Assembly (NCBI GenBank): GCA_965203515.1
Contig: OZ241907.1
Location: 1,856,001 to 1,920,000, forward strand
Origin: Spirochaetia bacterium
GTDB lineage: Bacteria; Spirochaetota; Spirochaetia; SZUA-6; Bin103
Direction of reading: 5' to 3'
Length of the DNA: 64,000 nucleotides
The stretch's first letter is position 1, and every line of letters begins with the position of its first letter. A program made the position numbers and the translations under genes. Positions 55,378 through 64,000 of the stretch are shown here, one piece after another. Below the pieces are notes generated by a model. The model was not told where the DNA came from, did no database searches, and worked only from the letters and a program-made list of their open reading frames with translations.

Positions 55378-56807
55378 TCTGCGCGGATCAGTGGCGCGGC
55401 GACGTGCTCGGCGTCGCCGGCGATCCGGTGATCCATACGCCGGGCATCGACGCCATGGCCGCCGCCGGCCACTACTTTCCGCGCGCGGTCACCGAGCTGC
55501 CCTCCTGCGTGGGGGCGCGGCGCACGCTGTTCAGCGGCCAGTGGCCGGTGACGCACGGCATGACCGGCTTCGACGACCTGGAGCCGTGGCCGGAGACCGA
55601 CACCCTGTGCCGAGTCCTGCAGCGCAATGGCTACCGGACGTACGGCATCGGCAAGCGCCACGTCTACCCGCAGGACGCCCGCTACGGCTTCGACCTGCTG
55701 CGCACCCATGAGGAGGGCCGCTTCCTGAGCCCCGGCTACCGCGACGATTACCTGTCGATGCTCGACGACCAGGGGTGGGGGGACTTCGGCCTGTTCGGCG
55801 CCGGCGTGACCAACAACAGCTACCACGCGCGCGCCAGCGTCCTGCCGCCCGAGCTGCACGTCACCACCTGGACCGCCACCGAGGCGATCCGGGTGATGGA
55901 GGGCCACGTCAGGACCTACGGCCGCGACCAGCCGTTCTTTCTGTACGTCTCCTTCAGCAAGCCGCACCCGCCCTGGGACCCGCCGGCGCAGTTCTTCGAC
56001 CATTACTACGGCGATCCCGACCTGCCGATGCCGGTGGTGGGAGACGCCGCCGGCTACGTAAGCTCGCCCCGTCCGTTCGTGTCGGGCACGCGCGGGCCGA
56101 TCCCGGAGGGCGAAGTCTTCCAGCTCAAGGCCCGCGACCTGCGTCGAGCGCGCGCCGGCTACTACGGCCTGATCGACCAGATCGACGCCCAGATCACCCG
56201 TTTGGCCTACCATCTGTGGCGCTCCCTGCTGGTGCGCAACACCATCTACGCCTTCGTCGCCGACCACGGCGAGATGCTGGGCGACCACCACTGGTGGGCC
56301 AAGTCGGTGGGATACGAGGGCTCGATCCGCGTGCCGTTCGTCCTCAGCTTCCCCAAGGAGATGCCGCTGCCGGCCGGCCGCCGCCATCCCGACTCCACGG
56401 TCGGCCTGGCCGACCTGATGCCGACCGTCCTCGATGCGTGCGGTCTGCCGATCCCCGACCGCTGCGACGGCGCGTCGCTGATGCCGCTGATCCGGGGCGA
56501 GGCGGAGCGGCTCGACCGCGGCCTGCTGCACGGCGAGCACCTGGAGTACTGCCATTTCCTGGTCGACCACACCCGGAAGTTCATCTGGCACTACCGGATG
56601 GGGGTGAAGGAGTACTACGACCTGCAGGAAGATCCGACCGAGTGCCGCAACCGCTATGCCGGCAACCCGCGGGCGCGCGAGCTGGAGGAGCGGCTGAAGG
56701 CGCTGCTGGCCGATCAGGGGCGCGAGCGCGACTTCATGCGCGGCGGCGAACTGGACGACGCGACCGCGCAGGCGCACACCCACGAGCCGCCTGCGTACGC
56801 GCGGTAG
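55347..56807 (+). CDS. Sulfatase family hydrolase
   Basis: RPNLVLICADQWR, CVGAR, GKRH, KPHPP, DHGEMLGDH. Confidence 0.9.
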   Translation: MASARPNLVLICADQWRGDVLGVAGDPVIHTPGIDAMAAAGHYFPRAVTELPSCVGARRTLFSGQWPVTHGMTGFDDLEPWPETDTLCRVLQRNGYRTYGIGKRHVYPQDARYGFDLLRTHEEGRFLSPGYRDDYLSMLDDQGWGDFGLFGAGVTNNSYHARASVLPPELHVTTWTATEAIRVMEGHVRTYGRDQPFFLYVSFSKPHPPWDPPAQFFDHYYGDPDLPMPVVGDAAGYVSSPRPFVSGTRGPIPEGEVFQLKARDLRRARAGYYGLIDQIDAQITRLAYHLWRSLLVRNTIYAFVADHGEMLGDHHWWAKSVGYEGSIRVPFVLSFPKEMPLPAGRRHPDSTVGLADLMPTVLDACGLPIPDRCDGASLMPLIRGEAERLDRGLLHGEHLEYCHFLVDHTRKFIWHYRMGVKEYYDLQEDPTECRNRYAGNPRARELEERLKALLADQGRERDFMRGGELDDATAQAHTHEPPAYAR

Positions 56808-56826
56808 GGCGGGGACCGACCGGCCG

Positions 56827-58854
56827 GTGCGCATCGGCATCGACTCCGGCGGCACGTTCACGGACGTGGTCGCCTGCGACCCGGAACGAGGCCGCCTGGT
56901 GTTCCACAAGGTCGCCTCCACGCCGGACGACCCGGCTGCCGGCATCGTGGGCGGCGCGCTGGCGGCAGCCGAGCGCGCTCAGGCGCGGCCGGGCGAGGTG
57001 ACGATGCTGATCCACGGCACCACGGTCGCCACCAATCAGGTGCTGCAGCGCTCCGGGGCTCGGGTCGCGTTGATCACCACCGCCGGATTCCGCGACGTGC
57101 TCCACATCCAGCGACAGGCGCGTCCGCGGCTGTACGACCTGCGCGCGCGCCGCACCGAGCCGCTGGTGCCGCGCGAGCTCCGCTTCGAGGTGCGCGAGCG
57201 CATGCGCTTCGACGGCACGGTACTGACCCCGCTCGACCGCGCGGACCTGGCCGCCGTGATCGACTCGATCCGCGCCGCCGACGTGCAGGCGGTCGCCGTG
57301 GGGCTGTTGCACAGCTACGCCAATCCCCGGCACGAGCGGGAGATCGGCCGGGAGGTGGCGCGCCGGCTGCCGGGCGTGGCGGTCAGCCTCTCGCACGAGT
57401 TGATGGGCGAGCATGGCGAGTACGAGCGCTTCAGCACCTGCGTGATGAACGCCTTCGTGCAGCCGGGCATCGAGCGGTACGTCACCCGCCTGGGCGCGGG
57501 CCTGCGCGAGGCCGGCTTCGCGGCGCCGCTGTACGTGATGAAGTCGAACGGCGGGGTGATGACCGCCGGGGCGGCGGCGCGGCGCTGCGTGGAGACGGTG
57601 CTGTCCGGACCGGCCGGCGGGGTGGTCGCCGGCGCGGCGGTGGCGCGGGCGCGCGGGGCCGCTGACCTGATCACCTGCGACATGGGCGGCACCAGCTTCG
57701 ACGTGGGCGTCATCCGGGACGGCGCCATCCCGTTCGCCCGCGACACGGAGATGGGCGGTCTGGCGATCGGCGTGCCGATGCTCGATCTGCACACCGTGGG
57801 AGCCGGCGGCGGCAGCATCGCCTGGCTGGACGCCGGCAACGCGCTGCGCGTCGGGCCGCGCTCGGCTGGCGCGGTGCCGGGCCCGGCCTGCTACGGGACC
57901 GGCGGCGCCGAGCCGACCGTCACCGACGCCGATCTGGTGCTGGGCCGGTTGGGGACCCGCACGCTGCTGGGCGGCGGCATGACGCTCGACCGGGAGGCGG
58001 CCGAACGGGCGATCCACGACCGCGTCGCCGCGCCGCTGGGCATCGGCGTCGCCGAAGCGGCGGAGGGGATCGTGCGCGTGATCGACGCCACCATGACCGC
58101 CGCGATCCGCAAGCTGACGATCGAGCGCGGCCACGATCCGCGCGACTTCGCGCTCTGCCCGTTCGGCGGCGCCGGTCCCATGCACGGCGCGGAGCTGGCC
58201 GCCGAGTTGGGGGTCGCCGAGACGGTGATCCCGATCGCCCCCGGCGTGCACTCGGCGGTGGGACTGCTGATGACCAACCTGCGCGAGGACCGCACCAGGA
58301 CGCTGGTTCGCCGGCTCGACGCGGCGGCCGGGGACGAGTTGCGCGCCGCGCTGCGCGAACTGGAAGCGGCCGGACGGGAGCAGCTCCGGGCGCCGGCCGG
58401 GGCCGAGCCGACCGTCAGCCGCGCGGTCGGCCAGCGCTACCTGGGGCAGCGCTACGAGCTGCCGGTGCCGGTCGGCGCCGCGTTGCCGGCGCCGGCGGAG
58501 CTCTGCGAGCGGTTCCACCGGCTGCACGACCAGCGCTACGGCTACCGGCGCGACGACCATCCGGTGGAGGTGGCGAGTGCCTGGGTGGCGGTGGAGCACG
58601 ACCTGCAGCCGCTGGCGCTGCCGGAGTGCCCGGCGTGCGATCGGGCGCCGGAGCCGCGGCAGACGCGGCCGGCGCGGTTCGACGGTGTGGAGCGGGAGGT
58701 GCCGGTGTACGCCCGCGATGACCTGAGAGCCGGGCACGCCCTGCGCGGACCGGCCGTCGTCGAGCAGCTCGACGCCACCTCGGTCGTGCCCCCGGGACAC
58801 CGGCTGGCGGTCGATCGCTTCGGCCACCTGGTGGTATCGCGGACCGATGGCTGA
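56827..58854 (+). CDS. Hydantoinase/oxoprolinase subunit A (ATP-binding)
   Basis: GIDSGGTFTD, HGTTVATN, SGPAGG, DMGGTSFD, GAGGGSI, PTVTDA. Confidence 0.95.
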   Translation: MRIGIDSGGTFTDVVACDPERGRLVFHKVASTPDDPAAGIVGGALAAAERAQARPGEVTMLIHGTTVATNQVLQRSGARVALITTAGFRDVLHIQRQARPRLYDLRARRTEPLVPRELRFEVRERMRFDGTVLTPLDRADLAAVIDSIRAADVQAVAVGLLHSYANPRHEREIGREVARRLPGVAVSLSHELMGEHGEYERFSTCVMNAFVQPGIERYVTRLGAGLREAGFAAPLYVMKSNGGVMTAGAAARRCVETVLSGPAGGVVAGAAVARARGAADLITCDMGGTSFDVGVIRDGAIPFARDTEMGGLAIGVPMLDLHTVGAGGGSIAWLDAGNALRVGPRSAGAVPGPACYGTGGAEPTVTDADLVLGRLGTRTLLGGGMTLDREAAERAIHDRVAAPLGIGVAEAAEGIVRVIDATMTAAIRKLTIERGHDPRDFALCPFGGAGPMHGAELAAELGVAETVIPIAPGVHSAVGLLMTNLREDRTRTLVRRLDAAAGDELRAALRELEAAGREQLRAPAGAEPTVSRAVGQRYLGQRYELPVPVGAALPAPAELCERFHRLHDQRYGYRRDDHPVEVASAWVAVEHDLQPLALPECPACDRAPEPRQTRPARFDGVEREVPVYARDDLRAGHALRGPAVVEQLDATSVVPPGHRLAVDRFGHLVVSRTDG

Positions 58855-60589
58855 CCGGTCCCGGGAGCGCCGGGCCGCCGGCCGCGCGGCGGCGATCGAT
58901 GCGATCACGCTGGAGATCATGCGCAACCGCTGGTTGGGGATCGCCGAAGAGTGCTGCGCCGTCCTGGTGCGCGCCAGCTACTCCACCAACATCAAGGACC
59001 GCCGCGACTGCTCGGTGGCGCTGGCCGCGCCGGAGGGGGCCATCGTCGCGCAGGCCGAGGTCGGCACGCCGCTCCACCTTGGCATCATGCCGGGCGTGCT
59101 CGGCGCGATTCTGGCCCAGTTCCCGCCGGACTCCATGCAGCCCGGCGACATGTACGCCAGCAACCTGCCCTATCCCGAAGGGCCGGGGCATCTGCCGGAC
59201 CTGTCGCTGGTGGCGCCGGTCTTCCACCGGGGCGAGCTGGTCGCCCTGTCGGCCTCCACCGCGCACCACGTCGACATGGGCGGCTACGCGCCGGGGAGCA
59301 TGCCGTTCGGCGTGACCGAGATCTACCAGGAGGGGCTGCAGATACCGCCGATCGCGCTGGTGCGCGGCGGCGAGCTGCAGGAGCCGATCCTGCGGCTGAT
59401 CGAGCAGAACGTGCGCACCCGCATCGAGGTGCGCGGCGACCTGATGGCGCAGTACGCCACCGCGCGCACCGCGCAACGGCGCGTTGACGAGCTGCTCGGC
59501 TCGTCCGGCGACGGCCGGCTGGCGCTCGACGCCATCCCGGCGATCCTGGATCACGCCGAGGCGTGCATGCGGGCCGGCATCCGCGACCTGCCCGACGGGG
59601 CGTATCGGTTCGAAGACTACCTGGACGACGACGGCGTCACCGACGAGCCGGTGCGGATCGCCGTCGAGATACGGGTCGACGGCGACGAGCTGACCGTCGA
59701 CTTCGCCGGCACCGCCGCCCAGGTGGCGGGTCCCTTGAACGCGCGGCTGAGCGCCGCGCGGGCGGCGGTCTACTACACCTGCAAGGCGGTGATCGACCCC
59801 GACCTGCCGACCTCGGCCGGCGCCTACCGGCCGATCCGCGTGACCGCCCCGGAAGGGACCGTGATGAACGCCCGATTCCCGGCCGCGATCGGCAACGCCA
59901 ACATCCTCACCGACCAGCGCGTGGTCGACGTGCTGATGGGGGCGTTGGCGCAGTGCGTGCCGGAGCGGGTCTGCGCCGCCTGCTCGGGCGAGATGAACCT
60001 GCTCAACGTCGGCGGCGCCGACGACCGTCCGAACGCGCCCGACTCCTACTACAACTACGTGGAGACCTACGCCGGCGGGCAGGGGGCGATGCACGATCTG
60101 GACGGCGAGGACGGCGTGCACACGCATCTGACCAACACCCGCAACGCGCCGGTCGAGGTGATCGAGCGCACCTATCCGCTGGAGGTGGTGCGCTACGGGC
60201 TGGTGCCGGACACCGAAGGCGCCGGGCGGCGGCGCGGCGGCTGCGGCATGGTCCGCGAGCTGCGCTGCCTGGGCGAGCGCACGGTGGTCACCGTCGGCGC
60301 CGACCGCCGGCGCTTCACGCCCTGGGGGCTGGCAGGCGGCGGCAACGCCGCCGGGTCGATGCTCACCGTGACCGCCGCCGACGGCGCGGTGCGGGTGCTG
60401 CCGACCAAGGCGTTCACGGAGCTGCGGCGCGGCGACCTGCTCACCGTCCGCACGCCGGGCGGCGGCGGCTGGGGCGCGCCGGCCGAGCGCGAGCGCGAAC
60501 GCGTGGACCGCGACGTGCGCTCCGGCCTGATCAGCCGGGAGCGGGCGCGGGACGTGTACGGCGCCGATCCGTCCGCCGATAGCGGCTGA
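58847..60589 (+). CDS. Hydantoinase/oxoprolinase subunit B
   Basis: STNIKDRRDCS, HLPD, HHVDMGG, QEGLQIPP, PVEVIE..YP, TPGGGGWG. Confidence 0.95.
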   Translation: MADRSRERRAAGRAAAIDAITLEIMRNRWLGIAEECCAVLVRASYSTNIKDRRDCSVALAAPEGAIVAQAEVGTPLHLGIMPGVLGAILAQFPPDSMQPGDMYASNLPYPEGPGHLPDLSLVAPVFHRGELVALSASTAHHVDMGGYAPGSMPFGVTEIYQEGLQIPPIALVRGGELQEPILRLIEQNVRTRIEVRGDLMAQYATARTAQRRVDELLGSSGDGRLALDAIPAILDHAEACMRAGIRDLPDGAYRFEDYLDDDGVTDEPVRIAVEIRVDGDELTVDFAGTAAQVAGPLNARLSAARAAVYYTCKAVIDPDLPTSAGAYRPIRVTAPEGTVMNARFPAAIGNANILTDQRVVDVLMGALAQCVPERVCAACSGEMNLLNVGGADDRPNAPDSYYNYVETYAGGQGAMHDLDGEDGVHTHLTNTRNAPVEVIERTYPLEVVRYGLVPDTEGAGRRRGGCGMVRELRCLGERTVVTVGADRRRFTPWGLAGGGNAAGSMLTVTAADGAVRVLPTKAFTELRRGDLLTVRTPGGGGWGAPAERERERVDRDVRSGLISRERARDVYGADPSADSG

Positions 60590-60635
60590 CCTGATCTGAC
60601 GCCGCAGCCCGTTAATTGCGTTCCGTGCGCAGAAC

Positions 60636-61361
60636 ATGCAAGAATCGGCCACCTTGCCGTTGATCTACTACACGCACGCACGGCGCGACGAGGCCAAGGT
60701 CGCGCTCACCTTCGACGACGGCCCGAACCCGCCGCGTACGGACCAGATCATGGACATCCTGGACGCAAAGGGGGCGCGCGGCACCTTCTTCGTGCTCGGC
60801 AAGTGGGTCGAGCGGTGGCCGCAGGCGGTCGAGCGCATCGTGCGCCGCGGCCACTGCATCGGCAACCACAGCTACCTCCACCACGCCCATCTCGGCGACT
60901 TCGACCGCGCCGAAGCCGTGATCGGCAATCTGCTGGGCCGCCCCACGCGGTTCCTGCGCGCCCACTACTTCAATTATTTCACCTGCCTGTACTCACCCCT
61001 GGCCCGGTGCGGGTCCATGGCGATCGTCGACTCCGACGTCAACCCGGCCGACTACGCCAAGACCGACCCGCAGGAGATCGTCGACGCCACGCTGCAGCAC
61101 CCGTCGCTCGCCGCGGGGTCGATCATCGACCTGCACGACAGCGCGGAGACCGACGACGACGGGCTCCGTCTGGCGCGGCCGCTGCCGCTGATCGCCGCGC
61201 TGCCCAAGATCATCGACGGCCTGCTGGCGCGGGGCTTCCAGCTCGTCGGTCTGGACCGGATGACTCTGGTCGACCCGGTGGAGTGGCAGCCGGACGACCG
61301 CGCCGCCTACGCCTCACCGGAGGCTCGCGCCGCAGTGTACGAGCTCGGCCGGCCGCGATGA
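60636..61361 (+). CDS. Polysaccharide deacetylase (CE4/NodB) family protein
   Basis: LTFDDGP, NHSYLH, DLHD. Confidence 0.88.
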   Translation: MQESATLPLIYYTHARRDEAKVALTFDDGPNPPRTDQIMDILDAKGARGTFFVLGKWVERWPQAVERIVRRGHCIGNHSYLHHAHLGDFDRAEAVIGNLLGRPTRFLRAHYFNYFTCLYSPLARCGSMAIVDSDVNPADYAKTDPQEIVDATLQHPSLAAGSIIDLHDSAETDDDGLRLARPLPLIAALPKIIDGLLARGFQLVGLDRMTLVDPVEWQPDDRAAYASPEARAAVYELGRPR

Positions 61362-61415
61362 CTCCGCTTCGGCTTCCGTTCATCAGACCTCGGTTCACGT
61401 AAGGAGGAGAGAGGA

Positions 61416-62996
61416 ATGAACATCCGTATCAGACCACTGTTGGTGGCCGCGCTGGCGACGGCGTTGTCGTTCGGCGGCGCCGCAGCCATGGCAGATGATG
61501 ACGTCCTGATTATCGCGATAGCGGGCGACGTCGAAACGCTCGACCCGCCGTTCTCGCGCTTTCAGCGCTCGAACGAGACGAATCTGAACGTCTACGACCA
61601 GTTCTTCCGCTACGGGCGGCGCGACACCGGTCAGGGCTACGACATCGCCGATACCGGCGTGATCGAAGGGGCCGCCGTGGAGTCGTGGGAGTGGTCGGAC
61701 GATCAGACCTCGATCGTGCTCGATATCCGGCAGGGCGTGACCTTCCCCAGGACCGGCCGCGAGCTGACCGCCGACGACTTCATCTACTGGTTCGAGCGGG
61801 CGCACGGAACCGAATCCGGCACCGCCTGGAACGTCAACACCGCCGGCATCACCTCGTATGAGAAGACCGGCGACCATCAGGTGACGCTGCAGTTCGCGAA
61901 CCCCAGCCCGTGGTTCTTCTACCTGTTTCGCGACCAGTCGCAGGGCCCGATGGACCACGTCGAGGCGCAGGCCCACGTCGAGTCGGACGATCCCTGGGCC
62001 ACGCGCTGGCTGGCCAAGAACGACATCGGCTCCGGCGAGTATTACGTCGAAAGCTGGGAGGCCGGCGTGGAGATGGTGCTGCGCGCCAACCCCGACTACT
62101 GGGCCGGGCCGGCCTTCTTCGAGAAGATCATCCTGCAGATCGTCCCCAACTCGGCCGACCGGGCGCTGTTGCTGCGCGAGGGAGAGATCGATATCGCCAC
62201 CGGACTCTCCACCGACGAGCTGAGCGCCCTGCGCGGCTCCGACGGCGTGCAGGTGCTGTCGATCCCGACCCGCAACCAGATGATCTTCGGCCTCAACGTG
62301 CAACGCGCGCCGTTCGATGACGTGCGCGTCCGCCAGGCGCTGTCGTACGCGGTGCCGTACGAGGCGATCGCGGAGGGGATCTTCGGCGGCAATGCGCTGG
62401 TGTCGGCCGGTCCCATTCCGGTCGGCGGACAAAACCACGACGGCGCCCTGTGGCCGTACTCATTCGACCCGGACAAGGCGTCCGCGCTGCTGGCCGAGGC
62501 CGGCTACGGCGACGGATTCGAGTTCACGCTCGACATAGCCTCCGGCCTGCCCACGATCGAGCAGATCGCGGTCGTCCTGCAGGATGCGTTCGCCGACGTC
62601 GGCGTCACCATGAACATCAACCCGCAACCCGCCGCGGTCTTCGCGGAGCAGCTCGGCACGCTGGAGCATCACGCCTGGATGCGCGACCTGCTGTGGTACG
62701 TGGATGACGCCGGCTACACCGGCGACCTGTTCTTCCGCACCGACGCGGTCGCCAACTGGATGGGCTACGGCGACGCCGAGCTGGACGGCATCATCGATGA
62801 GCTGACCGTCACGCTCGATGCCGGACGCAAGGCCGAGCTGGCGCAACGCTATCAGGAGATCCTGATCGAGGCCGCGCCGGCGCTCTACATCGCGGAGATG
62901 CCGTTCGAGATCGCGATGCGGGACGACATTCACGGCTACGTGCAGCTCCCCGACAACCTGCTGTGGTACTGGCCGCTCTATCGCGGCGACGGTTGA
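61416..62996 (+). CDS. ABC transporter substrate-binding protein, DppA-like family 5
   Basis: AAGGAGG RBS, signal peptide, TLDP, GSGEY, ANPDYW, PFDDVRVRQAL. Confidence 0.93.
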   Translation: MNIRIRPLLVAALATALSFGGAAAMADDDVLIIAIAGDVETLDPPFSRFQRSNETNLNVYDQFFRYGRRDTGQGYDIADTGVIEGAAVESWEWSDDQTSIVLDIRQGVTFPRTGRELTADDFIYWFERAHGTESGTAWNVNTAGITSYEKTGDHQVTLQFANPSPWFFYLFRDQSQGPMDHVEAQAHVESDDPWATRWLAKNDIGSGEYYVESWEAGVEMVLRANPDYWAGPAFFEKIILQIVPNSADRALLLREGEIDIATGLSTDELSALRGSDGVQVLSIPTRNQMIFGLNVQRAPFDDVRVRQALSYAVPYEAIAEGIFGGNALVSAGPIPVGGQNHDGALWPYSFDPDKASALLAEAGYGDGFEFTLDIASGLPTIEQIAVVLQDAFADVGVTMNINPQPAAVFAEQLGTLEHHAWMRDLLWYVDDAGYTGDLFFRTDAVANWMGYGDAELDGIIDELTVTLDAGRKAELAQRYQEILIEAAPALYIAEMPFEIAMRDDIHGYVQLPDNLLWYWPLYRGDG

Positions 62997-63033
62997 CCCT
63001 GGCGCAAGGTCGCGCGCCGGCGCACGGTCGCGC

Positions 63034-63091
63034 GGCGTCGGAACGCTGGGCGTCGGAACGCTGGGCGTCGGAACGCTGGGCGTCGGAACGC
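63034..63091. repeat. Intergenic 15-bp tandem repeat, about 3.9 copies
   Basis: ggcgtcggaacgctg repeated without spacers. Confidence 0.95.
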
Positions 63092-63190
63092 ATGGCTACG
63101 GATCACATGGCGCCGTTCGCGGGGTGCGGGCGCTGAGCGCTCGTCACCCCGCTCGTCGTTCCGCGGCCTGCCTGAGCGCGCGCTGAACCG

Positions 63191-64000
63191 ATGCTTCAGT
63201 CCGCGCGCGAGTGGGCGCGGTTCCTGCTCAAGCGGATCGGCATCCTGGCGATCTCCCTGCTGGGCGTGTCGATGATCACCTTCGCGGTCACCCACGCCAT
63301 CGGCAACCCGGTCTACCTGCTGGTCGGTCCCCGGCACAACCAGGAGATGCTCGACAACCTGACCCGCGAGCTGGGACTGGACCGGCCGCTGCCGGAGCGC
63401 TATCTCAACTACCTGGGCAATCTTGCGCGCGGCAACCTGGGGGTATCCCGCTACTCCTACAACCCCGTGCTGACCGACATCCGCTCGCGGTTGCCGGCTA
63501 CCCTGGAGCTGTCGACCTGCGCGCTGCTGCTCGGGGTGCTGTGGGCGGTGCCGGCCGGGGTGATCGCCGGCATCCGCCGCCGCGGCCTGTTCGCCCGTTT
63601 GGCGGACGTGACCGCGCGCGGCGGCGTCTCGATGCCCGGTTTCTGGCTCGGGCTGCTGCTGATCTTCGTCTTCTTCGCGGAGCTGGGTTGGCTGCCGGCG
63701 CCGCTCGGCCGCCTCGATCGAGACTTCACCAGACCGCCGTACGTCACCGGCTGGTACACTATCGACACGCTGCTGGCCGGCGATGGCGGCGCGTTCCTCT
63801 CCAGCGTTCGCCACCTGATCCTGCCGGCGGTGACGCTGGCGCTCACGACCAGCCCCAGCACGCTGCAGATCACGCGCAACACGATGCGGGAGGTGATGCG
63901 GAGCGACTACATCCGCACCGCCAGGGCATTCGGGATGCCGTCCTCGACGATCTATCGCTACGCGCTGCGCAACATCCTGGGGCCGGTGATCACGATGATC
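63191..64000 (+). CDS. ABC transporter permease, DppB type, 3' truncated by window edge
   Basis: MLQSAREWARFLLKRIG, LGLDRPL, GNLGVS, PATLEL, SMPGFW, DYIRTARAFG. Confidence 0.9.
   Translation, partial: MLQSAREWARFLLKRIGILAISLLGVSMITFAVTHAIGNPVYLLVGPRHNQEMLDNLTRELGLDRPLPERYLNYLGNLARGNLGVSRYSYNPVLTDIRSRLPATLELSTCALLLGVLWAVPAGVIAGIRRRGLFARLADVTARGGVSMPGFWLGLLLIFVFFAELGWLPAPLGRLDRDFTRPPYVTGWYTIDTLLAGDGGAFLSSVRHLILPAVTLALTTSPSTLQITRNTMREVMRSDYIRTARAFGMPSSTIYRYALRNILGPVITMI

Noticed and set aside
63034..63091. Possible CRISPR array
   Set aside because: 15-bp units are contiguous with no spacers; no cas genes in the window.
229..63882. Many long antisense or alternate-frame ORFs (e.g. 229-1605, 9714-11987, 13510-15456, 24577-27333, 38512-41448, 47408-49837, 58415-60652)
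   Set aside because: Shadows of real genes caused by high GC and stop-codon scarcity; Arg/Ala/Pro-rich with no recognisable motifs.

Overview
High-GC bacterial chromosomal window (roughly 70% GC by eye), densely coding. I found no rRNA, tRNA, CRISPR array or intact IS/prophage. It opens with a type I restriction-modification locus (hsdR end, hsdM, and a half-size single-TRD hsdS). Most of the rest is catabolic/uptake genes: GH51 arabinofuranosidase, GH29 fucosidase, a sulfatase, three PhyH-family Fe/2OG enzymes, a hydantoinase/oxoprolinase A+B pair, a deacetylase, four family-5 and one family-1 ABC substrate-binding proteins, and Opp/Dpp-type permeases with no ATPase gene in the window. A set of poorly characterised secreted families occurs twice (ASPIC/UnbV, DUF4097, DUF4340, a beta-propeller hydrolase-like family). 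Accessory genes and gene remnants (Rpn, HNH, Fic, AAA_14, RHH plus small membrane protein) are inserted between operons, mostly convergent on operon 3' ends; two are flanked by diverged duplications of the host gene's 3' end. Most notable: an HxG-motif (halogenase-like) PhyH enzyme, a G13 tract at the 5' end of a membrane glycosyltransferase, an RHH/2-TM operon with an inverted repeat around its -10 box, a permease-ASPIC fusion, a signal-peptide PIMT coupled to a membrane SAM-fold protein, and a three-repeat unknown protein. All family calls come from motif recognition by eye, not from database searches.
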